In this document: positions 1 to 9,328 of the stretch, one piece after another | How the letters are laid out: each line of letters begins with the position of its first letter | Numbering within the stretch: the first letter of the stretch is position 1 | Assembly: GCA_016208685.1 (NCBI GenBank) | Contig: JACQXM010000053.1 | Span: forward strand, 93,957 to 157,956 | DNA: 64,000 nt | Direction: 5' to 3' | DNA from: Planctomycetota bacterium | GTDB lineage: Bacteria; Planctomycetota; Phycisphaerae; UBA1845 | The notes under the pieces: model-generated | The model's input: only the letters and a program-made list of their open reading frames with translations | Databases searched by the model: none | Told to the model about the DNA's origin: nothing | Program-made: the position numbers and the translations under genes

Positions 1-244
1 TTCGTGCCGCACGGCGACGGCGGCTGCAACGGAGAGTCGTGTTGCAACGCGGTGTGCCGGGAGGATCCCTATTGCTGCGAAGACTCATGGGATGGCGTGT
101 GCGTTTCCATCGCCGTGGACCTGCAAGCCGCCGGCCGTTGTCCATAGCCGCCGACCGCTGCGGACGTTCGCGCCGCAGGTGGGGAACGCCCGCGGGTAGG
201 CGGCGAACGCATGGAGTGACCTTGCAAGGCCGGCGCCGCGACGC

Positions 245-317
245 AAAAAAGAACCTATCCCGGCCGGCGGTTCGCCGCGGGGTCATCCGCGCCGCACCAA
301 CCCGCCGAGATAGGTTC
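245..317 (-). terminator. Intrinsic terminator candidate (long hairpin plus U-tract)
   Basis: gaacctatc (251-259) is the reverse complement of gataggttc (309-317), with further GC pairing inside; A6 at 245-250 gives a U-tract on the minus strand. Confidence 0.65.
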
Positions 318-320
318 AAT

Positions 321-475
321 CGCCCCAGGGCATACCCCTGAGGTTCGCCCGCGGCAAAATGGCTTGGGGCCGGTTTTCATCGGGCACCGCCACGCGATCG
401 CGGCATATGCCACCGGTCAGCGCCCTTTACGGGGGTTCCGAGCTCTCGAATTCGGCTCGGCACACCTTGGAGCCC
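321..475 (-). ncRNA. Structured ncRNA candidate, 6S-RNA-like rod
   Basis: Minus-strand 5' GCTCCAAGGTGTGCC (473-459) pairs with 3' GGTATGCCCTGGGGC (336-322); internal GGCGCT..CCGGT ... AAAACCGG layout recalls 6S RNA; followed by a terminator. Confidence 0.4.
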
Positions 476-522
476 GTCTGGCAACGTTGCCCCGCCGCAA
501 CGGTCCCCACCAGAGTGCGGGC

Positions 523-852
523 CTAGTAGCGCCCGCCGCGGCTGCCGCCCCGGCCGCCGCGACCACCGCCGCCGTAGCCACCGCCCCCGCCGCCGCTGCG
601 CGGCTCGCGCGGCTTGGCTTCGTTGACCGTCAGGGCGCGGCCGCCGTGGTCTTTACCGTTCAGCGCGGCGATCGCCGCGTCGGCGTCCTCGTTGCTCTCC
701 ATCTCCACAAAGCCAAAGCCCTTGCTCTGGCCCGTGCTACGGTCGCTGATGACCTCCGCGCTGCGCACGCGGCCGTGGGCCGAGAGCAGTTGCTCCAGGT
801 CCGAGCTGGTCACGCTGAAACCGAGGTTGCCGATGTACAGTTTCTTACCCAT
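523..852 (-). CDS. RRM (RNP-1) RNA-binding protein with Gly/Arg-rich tail
   Basis: RNP2 LYIGNL, RNP1 KGFGFVEM, RALTVNEAKP, RGG tail; GGAG ribosome-binding site upstream. Confidence 0.95.
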   Translation of the reverse strand: MGKKLYIGNLGFSVTSSDLEQLLSAHGRVRSAEVISDRSTGQSKGFGFVEMESNEDADAAIAALNGKDHGGRALTVNEAKPREPRSGGGGGGYGGGGRGGRGGSRGGRY

Positions 853-1028
853 CGTGATTTCTCCTTTCGATGGACTTCGTTCAACCCAATGTTTTGCTTT
901 CCGGGTTGAGTTTTGAAAGGGGCCGACAGTTCAGCCCGCAGGTAGGAAGGCGATCAGGGCAGAGCGATCGGGACTTGCTAAGAAGCGGCGACGTCCATGC
1001 CTCGTATCGACGAACCAACCGAAAGCTG

Positions 1029-1056
1029 AGTGTACCACCGCCCGCCGGCCACGCAA
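1029..1056 (-). promoter_or_regulatory. Sigma70-like promoter for the RRM gene
   Basis: Minus strand TTGCGT-N16-TACACT with TG just upstream of the -10, about 175 nt before the ATG. Confidence 0.45.
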
Positions 1057-1302
1057 GTAGGAATCCGCCGCCATTTGATCTTTTTTTTAGGCCCGGGAAA
1101 ACGCCACGCACGGCCCGCAAACGCGGTTTTTGAACGCCCCGCCCCGGCCCACTTGAGGCCCAACCCCCCGGGCGCGGAGAAATCACGGCTTGTGAAAGGT
1201 CCCCCGCCGGCCCGGCCAAGGTACCTCCGTGAGGCCCGTGTGGGCCTGGAAACGAGGTCGAGCACGACCTCACGGTACCTCGAAAGCAAAAGGAAGAGAG
1301 TC

Positions 1303-2919
1303 ATGAAGAAGTCATGGACAAACAAGGTGGCCTACGGCCTGGCGATGTCGGCGGCGTCGGTGGCATGGGCGCAAAACCCGCCCCCGGGTGGAATCGATCC
1401 GGTCGTGGTGCGACTCAACGGCCTCAGTGCAATCACGCAGGACGTCGTCCCCTTCCTGGTCGATCAGCAGGGGCTCGGCCATTTCGAACAGGGCCAGGTG
1501 AACCTGCTCAACACCAACACCAACATCACCATCGACTTCGGCGACACGTTCGGTTCGCTGTTTGATTTCCTCGGCGACGTGACGCTCGGGGTCAGGTTCG
1601 AGAGCTTCCTGCGCAGCGTCGTGGTCGACGTGCCCATCGACGATAACTCCATCGCCGCCAGCTTCCGCACCGCCACGGCGCCGCAGGGGCGCGTTCGGGC
1701 GACGATCAACGTGCCCAACGCGGCGCTGGACACCACGCTCCGCGTCCGCACCCGTTTGAACGTTGACCTGCCGGATTTCATCCCCGATCAACTCGAGAAC
1801 GGCATCATGGCCCTGACCAACATCACCGATGATTTCCCCATCGGCGTCGATGGTCTGTCGTTGACCTTGCAGGTGCTGCTCCAGCAGGGCGCCACCGGTA
1901 TCACCATCTCCCAGGTCGAGCAGTTCACGCCCCAGGTGACCAGCGTGTCGGTAACCGACTCCTCGGGGCTGGTGTCCCTGGCGAACACCTTCTCGGTGGC
2001 CATTAACCGCATCTTCGGATTGCCCGGAACCGGTTCGGTGAACTCCCTGGCGACCACGCTCACCAACAACCTCATCCGCGACAACGCGGACATCAGGGAC
2101 ATGTTCCGCACCACGGTGAACACCGCGCTCAACCGGGAGTCGCGGGTCCGCGGCTACTCGGGCACGCTGCCCAACCTGGACGGCATTCCGCTGAGCGTCA
2201 GCTATGCCCTGAGCTCCTTCGCCACTCGCATCAACAACATGGCCAGTAACTGGAACGTGTCGGTCACCGCCACTGACCCCATCGCCCTGCCCAACCTGGC
2301 CTACAGCTACCTGCCGCGCACGGCGCAGACGCTGTCGCTCGTAGGGGCCGCGGGCGACCTCCAGGCCTTCCTGCCCCTGTCGTTGTTCGACAAGTTTGGC
2401 CACGAGCTGGCGCGGAAAGGCCTGTTCTCCGTCACCATGAACGTGCCCGCCCAGGGGAGCATCCCCGCATTCAGCGTGCGGGTAGCCGTCAACGGTACAC
2501 CGCGTGCGATCGGCAACACCACCCCTGCCGGGCAGGTGAAATGGCAGATTCCCATCGGAATCGCCAACGTCGGAACGCTGGCGCCGAATACCCCCCGCTT
2601 CCAGAACGTGACGGCCACGCTCGAGGTCATCATGAGCCTCAACACCGACGATCGCAACGGCCTGGGCGCCTCCATCGAGGACGTGAGCCTCGCGTCGCTC
2701 AGCGGCACGGTGCGCATCGGCACCGTCACCGTGCCGATCGGTGGGTTCCGGGATCTGTTGGAAGAGCAGATCTTCGACTCGCTCGCCGAGGACCTGCCGC
2801 AGCTCACGCTGGTGCCGAAGGTGACCAACATCATGCCGCCCTTCGCGGTGAGCGTCGGAACGGTCAGCGTCGGCAGCCAGTACGTGAACGTCCCGCTGAC
2901 GCTGGAGGTGGCGCAGTAA
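1303..2919 (+). CDS. Secreted protein, putative BPI/LBP (TULIP) lipid-binding fold
   Basis: Signal peptide MKKSWTNKVAYGLAMSAASVAWA-Q; beta-rich; VVVRLNGLSAI and LQAFLPLSLFDKFGHELARKGLFSVTM resemble BPI N- and C-domain openings. Confidence 0.6.
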   Translation: MKKSWTNKVAYGLAMSAASVAWAQNPPPGGIDPVVVRLNGLSAITQDVVPFLVDQQGLGHFEQGQVNLLNTNTNITIDFGDTFGSLFDFLGDVTLGVRFESFLRSVVVDVPIDDNSIAASFRTATAPQGRVRATINVPNAALDTTLRVRTRLNVDLPDFIPDQLENGIMALTNITDDFPIGVDGLSLTLQVLLQQGATGITISQVEQFTPQVTSVSVTDSSGLVSLANTFSVAINRIFGLPGTGSVNSLATTLTNNLIRDNADIRDMFRTTVNTALNRESRVRGYSGTLPNLDGIPLSVSYALSSFATRINNMASNWNVSVTATDPIALPNLAYSYLPRTAQTLSLVGAAGDLQAFLPLSLFDKFGHELARKGLFSVTMNVPAQGSIPAFSVRVAVNGTPRAIGNTTPAGQVKWQIPIGIANVGTLAPNTPRFQNVTATLEVIMSLNTDDRNGLGASIEDVSLASLSGTVRIGTVTVPIGGFRDLLEEQIFDSLAEDLPQLTLVPKVTNIMPPFAVSVGTVSVGSQYVNVPLTLEVAQ

Positions 2920-3420
2920 CCGGCCACGGCAAACGCCTCTCCCGGACATGGGGGGCTCCGGAGGGAGAGGCGAGGGCACGGGGTGGGAGGTTCGGCCAAT
3001 CGCCGGCCTTCCACCCCGACCGGCCGACCGCCACGTGAAAGGTCGGCCCCAAAAAAGTCGATGGTAGATTCGGGGGGCCGCCCGCGATCGAAACCCCCGG
3101 CACTAGAACACAAAGTTCCTTTCCTCCTGAACCGGGGGCTCGGCGAAAACCGGCTCCCGGTTTGGTTTTCCGCCAACCGCACTCCGCGACCTCCACGTTC
3201 GCCTACAGCGCCCGGCAGCGGCGCGCCGCGATCCGGCGCGCTGTTGCCGTCTTTCGAACCACGTGCGTGCCCGTGCAACCTTCGGCGTTTCACCAATTGA
3301 CCGGTCACTCGCGACGCCCGTACGATGACCGCGGCGTTGGACGCCACGCGGTCAGGGGTTTCCACGGGGTTCAAAACCTGCGGTTCGCTGAGCGGTCCTG
3401 GCGGTCGCGCAGGGGCATTC

Positions 3421-5817
3421 ATGGGTCGAGGCCATTACCTCTTTCGAGCGCTTTCCGCGCGCCGCGGCGCCGTTGCCTGCACTTGCGCCGCGGCGGCTGT
3501 GTGCTGCGCGTCGCCGGTGCTCGGGGCCACCGTGCGCGTCAAGCCGTGGGCAACCTACCTGCGTACGTCGACCTCCGACCCGCGTACCTGCGATCCCTGT
3601 CGTTGCGACCCGACACCGGGGCGGTGCGACCCCTGCAACTGCCGTGTGGGCACATGCACCTCGGCGACGTGTACTTCCTGTGCCTGCCCCATCCGGCTGC
3701 GTGACTATGGCATCCTTCCCGGGGACCGCATCCGCCTGCGGCGGCTGGGAGATTTCACTCCCGCAAGCGACTGGCCCGACGACCAGACAGGCATGGCCGC
3801 CGTTTTCAGTTCCACGAACGAGCTGCTGCCTCAGGACTTTCCGCATCGAGTGCCCGGCGCGCTGGAGCCCACGGCTGATGCCGCGGCGTTCGACTGCGAC
3901 GAGGGCCTCCGATCCGCCGACTGTGCCGCCGACGTGGCGACCCCGCCGACCCTGGAAGGTCAGCCCACGGACATCCCCGAGGATTTTCTGGTGACCGACC
4001 TGGTGCTCCGCGTGCCGGAGTCGGCCTCCTACCTTTTTGTTACCGCTATCGACTCTTACTTCGCGGACAACAACGACCCTCTGCCCCCGGCACATCCCGC
4101 GGAGGCCGATTTTCTCCTCTGGTTCCGCCGCCTCGATGACGACGACTTCGCCCCCGGCGACACCGACTTCGACGGCGACATCGATCTGGCGGACGCGGCG
4201 CAATTCCAACGCTGCTTCGGTCCCGGCCGGGTTCCGCAGTCCCGTGGCTGCTGCCTGGACTATGACGACAACGGACAGACCGATTGGCTCGACATTCCGT
4301 ACATCGCCTGCGCCATCGCCGGCCCCCGCAACGCCTGGCAACGTGGTTGTGGGCGCGCCTTGGCTCCGGCGGAACGATCGCCCGTTTCGCGGGACCATCC
4401 ACTTCGTATGTTGGAACCGGCACCGGCGCGAGAGGTCGACGCCGCGGCCGAGGGCGCCCCCACAGAGGTCGCGGCGCGCAATGCCCTCCAGGCGTACGAC
4501 GCGGAGTTCCTCGTGCCCAGAAACACCCGCGTGCGCCTGCACCTGGCCGGCTTCGACGCGGATGGGGATCGGCTGACCTTCACGCTCGTACAAAACGCCA
4601 CCAGCGGGGGCGTCGGCAGCTTCTACAACACCGGCAACCAGACGGCACGGGTAAACTACTACCCGCGCGCGGGATTTGAGGGCGAGGCGACGTTCCGCTT
4701 TCAGGTGTCGGATGGAACAACTGCTTCGGCACCGGCCACCGTCCGGCTCGTAGTCCAGAAGCTCCTGGTGCCGTGGCTGGAAGTCGAGGGCCCCCAGGAT
4801 CACGCCTCTGTCTACTGGACCCCGGGCCAGGGCGCCGACCCGGATATGACGCAAGTCGACTACTGCCTGCGCGGCCTGGAGGCCTGGGCGCAGGTGACCG
4901 ACACCGCGATCGTGACCACGCGGCAGTGGAAGTGTGCCGCCGACTGTCACCCCTGCAATGACACCTGCGCCTGCGAATCCCCCTGCCGCTGCTCCCGGCC
5001 CTGCAACTGCGATGACACCGCCTGCCTGTACGAGGAACTGGAACGGCGCAAGCCCCCGGGCATGCGCATCATCGGCGGCGTGGAAACCTCCGCCTACCTG
5101 GACGCCTGCTGGCCCGCCACCGGGCGTCCGTGCTCCTTCGCCGACCCGGCGGTGTGGGCCAGAATCGCGGAGGACGTACGCCGGATCGCTGAGGCGACTG
5201 GTGTCAACATCGTGGCACTTGACAATGAGGATGCCCTGAACCCGTTCGTGCAGGGCGCCGCCGTTATCGACGCCGCGGCCCTTCACGCCGCCCTGGCGCC
5301 GCTCGCCGAAACCGGCGTGGTGACGTGGTCCTACCTGCCGTGGGTCATGTCCGATCATCCCACGCTATTCCCCGACCGGCACGACCGGAGCTGTGAGCTG
5401 GTACGCGCCGTCGCCGCCGCGCTGCCGCAGCACGTGTTCATGGCGGGCTACTCGTCCTACAGCGGTTGGCGAGACTACGCCGGCGAGATCGACCGGCACA
5501 ACGAGCTGTGCGCCCTGGTTAGCGGCGCCCCGGCCGCCGCGGACTCCCCCTGCCCGGCACCGGACCCGACCGCCTGTGTCGGCGGCGTGCCCCAGGTGGT
5601 CGACGGGATGTTCGTCAAGCTCTGCGGCTTCGAGACCCTCCGCCGCACGCACTCCTCCGGCGTCATGCGGCGAACATACTCCCCGGCGCGGGCGCTGAGC
5701 GAGCTGCCTTACCTGCAAGGTGACGCCGTGCGCATCTACCCCGGAGGTACGGATTGGGTGCTCGTCGCCCGGTCGTTCGCGGCGCTCCTGCCCCCGCTCG
5801 CAACGCCGCTGCGATGA
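3421..5817 (+). CDS. Secreted multidomain protein: Cys-rich inserts, dockerin-like EF-hand pair, Ig/cadherin-like domain, unknown C-terminal domain
   Basis: GDTDFDGDIDLAD and DYDDNGQTDWLD; DADGDRLTF...YYPRAGFEGEATFRFQVSDG; start uncertain. Confidence 0.7.
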   Translation: MGRGHYLFRALSARRGAVACTCAAAAVCCASPVLGATVRVKPWATYLRTSTSDPRTCDPCRCDPTPGRCDPCNCRVGTCTSATCTSCACPIRLRDYGILPGDRIRLRRLGDFTPASDWPDDQTGMAAVFSSTNELLPQDFPHRVPGALEPTADAAAFDCDEGLRSADCAADVATPPTLEGQPTDIPEDFLVTDLVLRVPESASYLFVTAIDSYFADNNDPLPPAHPAEADFLLWFRRLDDDDFAPGDTDFDGDIDLADAAQFQRCFGPGRVPQSRGCCLDYDDNGQTDWLDIPYIACAIAGPRNAWQRGCGRALAPAERSPVSRDHPLRMLEPAPAREVDAAAEGAPTEVAARNALQAYDAEFLVPRNTRVRLHLAGFDADGDRLTFTLVQNATSGGVGSFYNTGNQTARVNYYPRAGFEGEATFRFQVSDGTTASAPATVRLVVQKLLVPWLEVEGPQDHASVYWTPGQGADPDMTQVDYCLRGLEAWAQVTDTAIVTTRQWKCAADCHPCNDTCACESPCRCSRPCNCDDTACLYEELERRKPPGMRIIGGVETSAYLDACWPATGRPCSFADPAVWARIAEDVRRIAEATGVNIVALDNEDALNPFVQGAAVIDAAALHAALAPLAETGVVTWSYLPWVMSDHPTLFPDRHDRSCELVRAVAAALPQHVFMAGYSSYSGWRDYAGEIDRHNELCALVSGAPAAADSPCPAPDPTACVGGVPQVVDGMFVKLCGFETLRRTHSSGVMRRTYSPARALSELPYLQGDAVRIYPGGTDWVLVARSFAALLPPLATPLR

Positions 5818-5891
5818 CGCGCGACGGCAAACCGACGGCGGCGGACGAACGCCGGACTATGTGCCAAGGGGGACCGGCGGTCGGAGAAGGT

Positions 5892-6419
5892 CTACGCGCT
5901 CTCGCGCGTGATGCGCTCAAAATCCTCGCGCTCCCCGCGGCCGCGGAGGGGATAGTCCTTGCGAAGCGGGTGCGCTTTGAAGCCTTCCCAGGTAAGGATG
6001 CGGCGCAGGTCGGGGTGGCCGGTGAACCGCACGCCGAACATGTCCCACACTTCGCGCTCCAGCCACACCGCCCCGTTCCAGATGCTCACCACCGAGGGCA
6101 CTTCGGGGTTCGGCTCGTTGACGAAACACTTGACCCAAAGCCGGTGCTCCCGCGAGAGCGATAGCAGCGAGTAGATGACTCCGTAGCGGTCCGTCGCCTT
6201 GGGGAAGTTCAGGTAGTCGATGCACGTAAGGTCGCAGAGCTGCTCAAAGGCGCAGCGCGGGTCGTCGCGCAGGAAGCGCATGACCTCCAGCAGCCGCGCC
6301 GGCGGCACGCGGACGCACCACTGTTCATGGGACCTCTCGCGCATCTCCAGCAACGGCGCGGGCGCGAAGTCGACGCCGGGGAAAGACGGTTGCAGGCATG
6401 AAACCACTGCCGATTCCAA
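5892..6419 (-). CDS. nuoC: NADH-quinone oxidoreductase subunit C
   Basis: LEREVWDMFGVRFTGHPDLRRILTWEGFKAHPLRKDYPL; TTG start after GGAG. Confidence 0.95.
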   Translation of the reverse strand: MESAVVSCLQPSFPGVDFAPAPLLEMRERSHEQWCVRVPPARLLEVMRFLRDDPRCAFEQLCDLTCIDYLNFPKATDRYGVIYSLLSLSREHRLWVKCFVNEPNPEVPSVVSIWNGAVWLEREVWDMFGVRFTGHPDLRRILTWEGFKAHPLRKDYPLRGRGEREDFERITRESA

Positions 6420-6690
6420 TATTCTGCTCCCTGAACGCCTCACTGCCCCATAAACCGCGAGTCGCGGAGATCGAATGGCGACCTGCCGCCCATTCACCAT
6501 TTCGTCGCCGTTCCTTGCTTCATGTGCGCCTGCGCCGTCGGCCGCACAACGACCTCGTGCGCCGGCTCCGTTTCCCGCCGATCACCCTGCCGCTGGGCTC
6601 GGCGGCGTCAGGGCGCTCCTTCTTTTGCCACCATCCAGGTTCATGGGCCGGTCAAGCTATGACGCCGAAGCGCCCAACGGCGGCGCCAAG

Positions 6691-6891
6691 TCACCCTCTC
6701 GCCGGCTGTCGCGTTTCGTAGCGCACGATCTCCTCTTTGAGCTGGTTAATCAGCCGCCGGATCGAACTCAAGGTCGCCTGGCGCACGGCGCCGTTGTCGC
6801 ACGGCCTCTGCGCCGCCGCGCCGTAAGCCTCCTCCAGCTCATGCAACTTGCGGCGCGTGTTTTCGAGCTCCTGTCCGTTTCGTACGCTCAT
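6691..6891 (-). CDS. Small helical/coiled-coil protein, partner of the DUF6932-like gene
   Basis: 66 aa, ATGA overlap with the upstream gene; ELENTRRKLHELE...INQLKEEIVRYE. Confidence 0.75.
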   Translation of the reverse strand: MSVRNGQELENTRRKLHELEEAYGAAAQRPCDNGAVRQATLSSIRRLINQLKEEIVRYETRQPARG

Positions 6892-7289
6892 AGCACGATT
6901 TCCACAACACCTTTGGGAACGCCGCGCCGGTCCGTCGCGAAGAACCCATCGACGATCTGCTCAAATCCAGCTTTGTCCAACCGGAGGATCTCCAGGAACG
7001 CGAGCCCCTCAACCAAGTCCTCCGCCGCGGCGGCGTCACGCGGATAGTCCGAGGCAAGCAGAAGGGCACAGTCCACGTCGTTGGGCTCAAGCGTATCGCT
7101 TACGAAACTGCCGTTCAAGACGATTCGCTCAACCCCGGCGCGAACAGCGCGGTCAATCATCCAGCGAATAGACTCCATCTGGATTCGACACAGCTCCGGC
7201 GCTCGACCGAACCGTTCCTCGATTTCGTCGCTCGTGGCTCGATGGATGCCTGGGGGCAGAAAGCCGGAGTCCTCGAACGGTGGTATCAG
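6888..7289 (-). CDS. DUF6932-like minimal nucleotidyltransferase-fold protein
   Basis: IPPF..GFLPPGIH, LNGSFVSDTLEPNDVD (GS...DxD motif); apparent non-ATG (CTG) start after AGGGG. Confidence 0.75.
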   Translation of the reverse strand: MIPPFEDSGFLPPGIHRATSDEIEERFGRAPELCRIQMESIRWMIDRAVRAGVERIVLNGSFVSDTLEPNDVDCALLLASDYPRDAAAAEDLVEGLAFLEILRLDKAGFEQIVDGFFATDRRGVPKGVVEIVL

Positions 7290-7393
7290 ATAGCACCCCT
7301 TCCTCCCCGTCCGACGCCGGCCGCGAGCCCGCCCTTCGGAATAGTTCCACCCGACGCGCGCGAGCCCCAGCCGGGTGTGAGTACCCACCCGAC

Positions 7394-7984
7394 TCAGCCC
7401 TTTTCGGCCACACGCACCTGCACCGTCGGCTGCACGACCATCCCCAACCCGCGGCGCCGCTCGCCGCTGGTCTTCAGGCCTTCTGACTCCACGAGCTTCT
7501 GGATCATCATCACGCCCTCCAGCAGCGTCTCCGGCCGGGGCGGACAACCAGGCACGTACACGTCCACGGGAAGAAACTGATCCACGCCCTGCACCACCGC
7601 GTAGGTGTCGAACACCCCGCCGGTACTGGCACAGGCCCCCATGCTGATGACCCACTTGGGCTCGGACATCTGCATGTAGATGCGCTGCAACACCGGCATC
7701 GCCTTGATCGCCACCCGCCCGGCACAGATGAGCAAGTCGCACTGCCGCGGAGTAAAACGCATCACCTCGGCGCCGAAGCGGGCGATATCGTACCGGCTGG
7801 CGCCGGTTGCCATCAGCTCGATGCCGCAGCACGCCGTCGCGAAGGGCATGGGCCATAGCGAGTTCTTCCGCGACCAGTTGACCGTCTGCTTGCGCAGCAA
7901 ATCCAGCAAGTAGTCCAACCGCGTGGCGAGATACTCTTCCTTGCTGGCCTGGTACGGGGCGGTTTCGGAGAGGCTCAATCCCAT
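7394..7984 (-). CDS. nuoB: NADH-quinone oxidoreductase subunit B
   Basis: [28 protein letters not shown]. Confidence 0.97.
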   Translation of the reverse strand: MGLSLSETAPYQASKEEYLATRLDYLLDLLRKQTVNWSRKNSLWPMPFATACCGIELMATGASRYDIARFGAEVMRFTPRQCDLLICAGRVAIKAMPVLQRIYMQMSEPKWVISMGACASTGGVFDTYAVVQGVDQFLPVDVYVPGCPPRPETLLEGVMMIQKLVESEGLKTSGERRRGLGMVVQPTVQVRVAEKG

Positions 7985-8394
7985 TGCAGCGCTCCTTTCC
8001 TCCACTCGTAGTACAGGCCGAAGAGGAGCAGGACGAAAAACACTCCCATGCCGGCGGCGAGGAAACCCTTGCCCGCCACGCCGCCGCCCTCCAGCGGGAT
8101 GGTCGCTCCCATAGTCGCCGCCCCGTGGAAGAGCTGCGCCCACGGCCAGAGAAAGATGATCTCCACGTCGAACAGCAGGAACAGCACCGCCACCATGTAG
8201 AAGCGCACGTTGAAGCGCCGACGGGTGTCGGTCACGATCGGCATGCCGGATTCGTACGCGCTGTCCTTAACTGCGCCGTGGCGCTTCGGCCCGATCACAT
8301 GCGCCACCACCAGCATGCCCACCGTGGCCGCCAGCACCAGGAGCATGGTCGCCGCAATGGCTACATAGGGTTCAACGCTGCCACCCATCGTCAT
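7975..8394 (-). CDS. nuoA: NADH-quinone oxidoreductase subunit A
   Basis: [37 protein letters not shown]. Confidence 0.97.
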   Translation of the reverse strand: MTMGGSVEPYVAIAATMLLVLAATVGMLVVAHVIGPKRHGAVKDSAYESGMPIVTDTRRRFNVRFYMVAVLFLLFDVEIIFLWPWAQLFHGAATMGATIPLEGGGVAGKGFLAAGMGVFFVLLLFGLYYEWRKGALQWD

Positions 8395-8551
8395 GCTCCC
8401 ACGAAGCGCTCAGACCCGATGCCCGGCCGCCCCGTGCCGTCGATCGGGCGGACGCGCCAGACCCCGGCGCGCGGGCCACGCTTCACGAAGTATAACGGCG
8501 CGGAGGCATGGTACGCAAAACGACACGGAGGAATCGCCGCACGCGCCGCGA

Positions 8552-9145
8552 CTACTCCTGGTCCTGCGGCGCTCGGCTGGCCCCCAGGTCCGCGATCCGC
8601 TGCGCCAGCTCCGCCATTTGCCGTCGCAGATCCGCGACGGTCTCGCCGAGGTTCTGGGTTGTCACTACATCGTCCGTTGACGGCGTTTCGGGGGTGGCGC
8701 TTGCGGCCGGCGCCGCCCGCGCGGGGTTGAAGGTCCGAAGGAAACTCGTCGCCCAGTCGAGCGGCGAGACGAACTGCCCGCGCATCGCCTGACGCAGGTA
8801 GGTATCGAACTGTCGCTGGGTGGCCGAGAGCATGCTCATGTACGGTCCGAAGAAGCGTTCGATCGAGTCTCGCAGAACCGGGTAGTCGGTGCGAATCATC
8901 AGATGAAGGACCGCAGAGGGAAACAGGTCCAACTTCGGCTCGTCCTTCTCCAGGATGATCTGCAAGAGCACGACGTTCGTGATATCCGCCCCGTTCCGCG
9001 AGTCCGTCACCACCACGTCGAATCCGCTGCGGATCGCCTGGCTGATGTCCTGTAGCGTTACGTGGCAGCTTCGTGTGGCGTCGTAGAAGCGGCGATTCGG
9101 GTACTTCTTGATCTGGATAGGCTCGGACTGCCTCTGGCCGTTCAT
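8552..9145 (-). CDS. phaR: PHA synthesis regulator PhaR
   Basis: IKKYPNRRFYD...VTLQDI...DITNVVLLQIILE; divergent from the pha genes. Confidence 0.9.
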   Translation of the reverse strand: MNGQRQSEPIQIKKYPNRRFYDATRSCHVTLQDISQAIRSGFDVVVTDSRNGADITNVVLLQIILEKDEPKLDLFPSAVLHLMIRTDYPVLRDSIERFFGPYMSMLSATQRQFDTYLRQAMRGQFVSPLDWATSFLRTFNPARAAPAASATPETPSTDDVVTTQNLGETVADLRRQMAELAQRIADLGASRAPQDQE

Positions 9146-9277
9146 ACTAGCTCCCCGCGTCATATTATCGGTACAGCCATCCCATGCCTAGTGCGGTCGC
9201 GCGAAAACCGCCGAACGAGACCGCGAATGTATATATAAGTACATGTCAGACATAACGTTACGTTACGAGATGCGCTT

Positions 9278-9328
9278 TTGTGCGTTCGCATTATTTCTTC
9301 TTGACGCAACCGCACAATGAGGTATAGT
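9278..9328 (+). promoter_or_regulatory. Promoter with putative PhaR operator
   Basis: TTGACG (9301-9306)-N16-TATAGT (9323-9328); imperfect inverted repeats ttgtgcgttcgca (9278-9290) and cgcaaccgcacaa (9305-9317). Confidence 0.55.

Noticed and set aside
1..240. Possible gene start on the minus strand running off the window edge
   Set aside because: Too short, no recognisable motif, frame cannot be determined
2930..3330. Intergenic hairpin (ggcgaaaacc...ggttttccgcc) and minus-strand AGGAGG
   Set aside because: No credible ORF or recognisable RNA family; cannot support a call
1312..5358. Long antisense ORFs (1312-2979, 3352-5358) and many similar ones elsewhere
   Set aside because: Shadow frames of real genes, expected at high GC; no motifs
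6888..7856. 322-aa ORF as given in the track
   Set aside because: The upstream part overlaps nuoB out of frame; only 6888-7289 looks like a real gene
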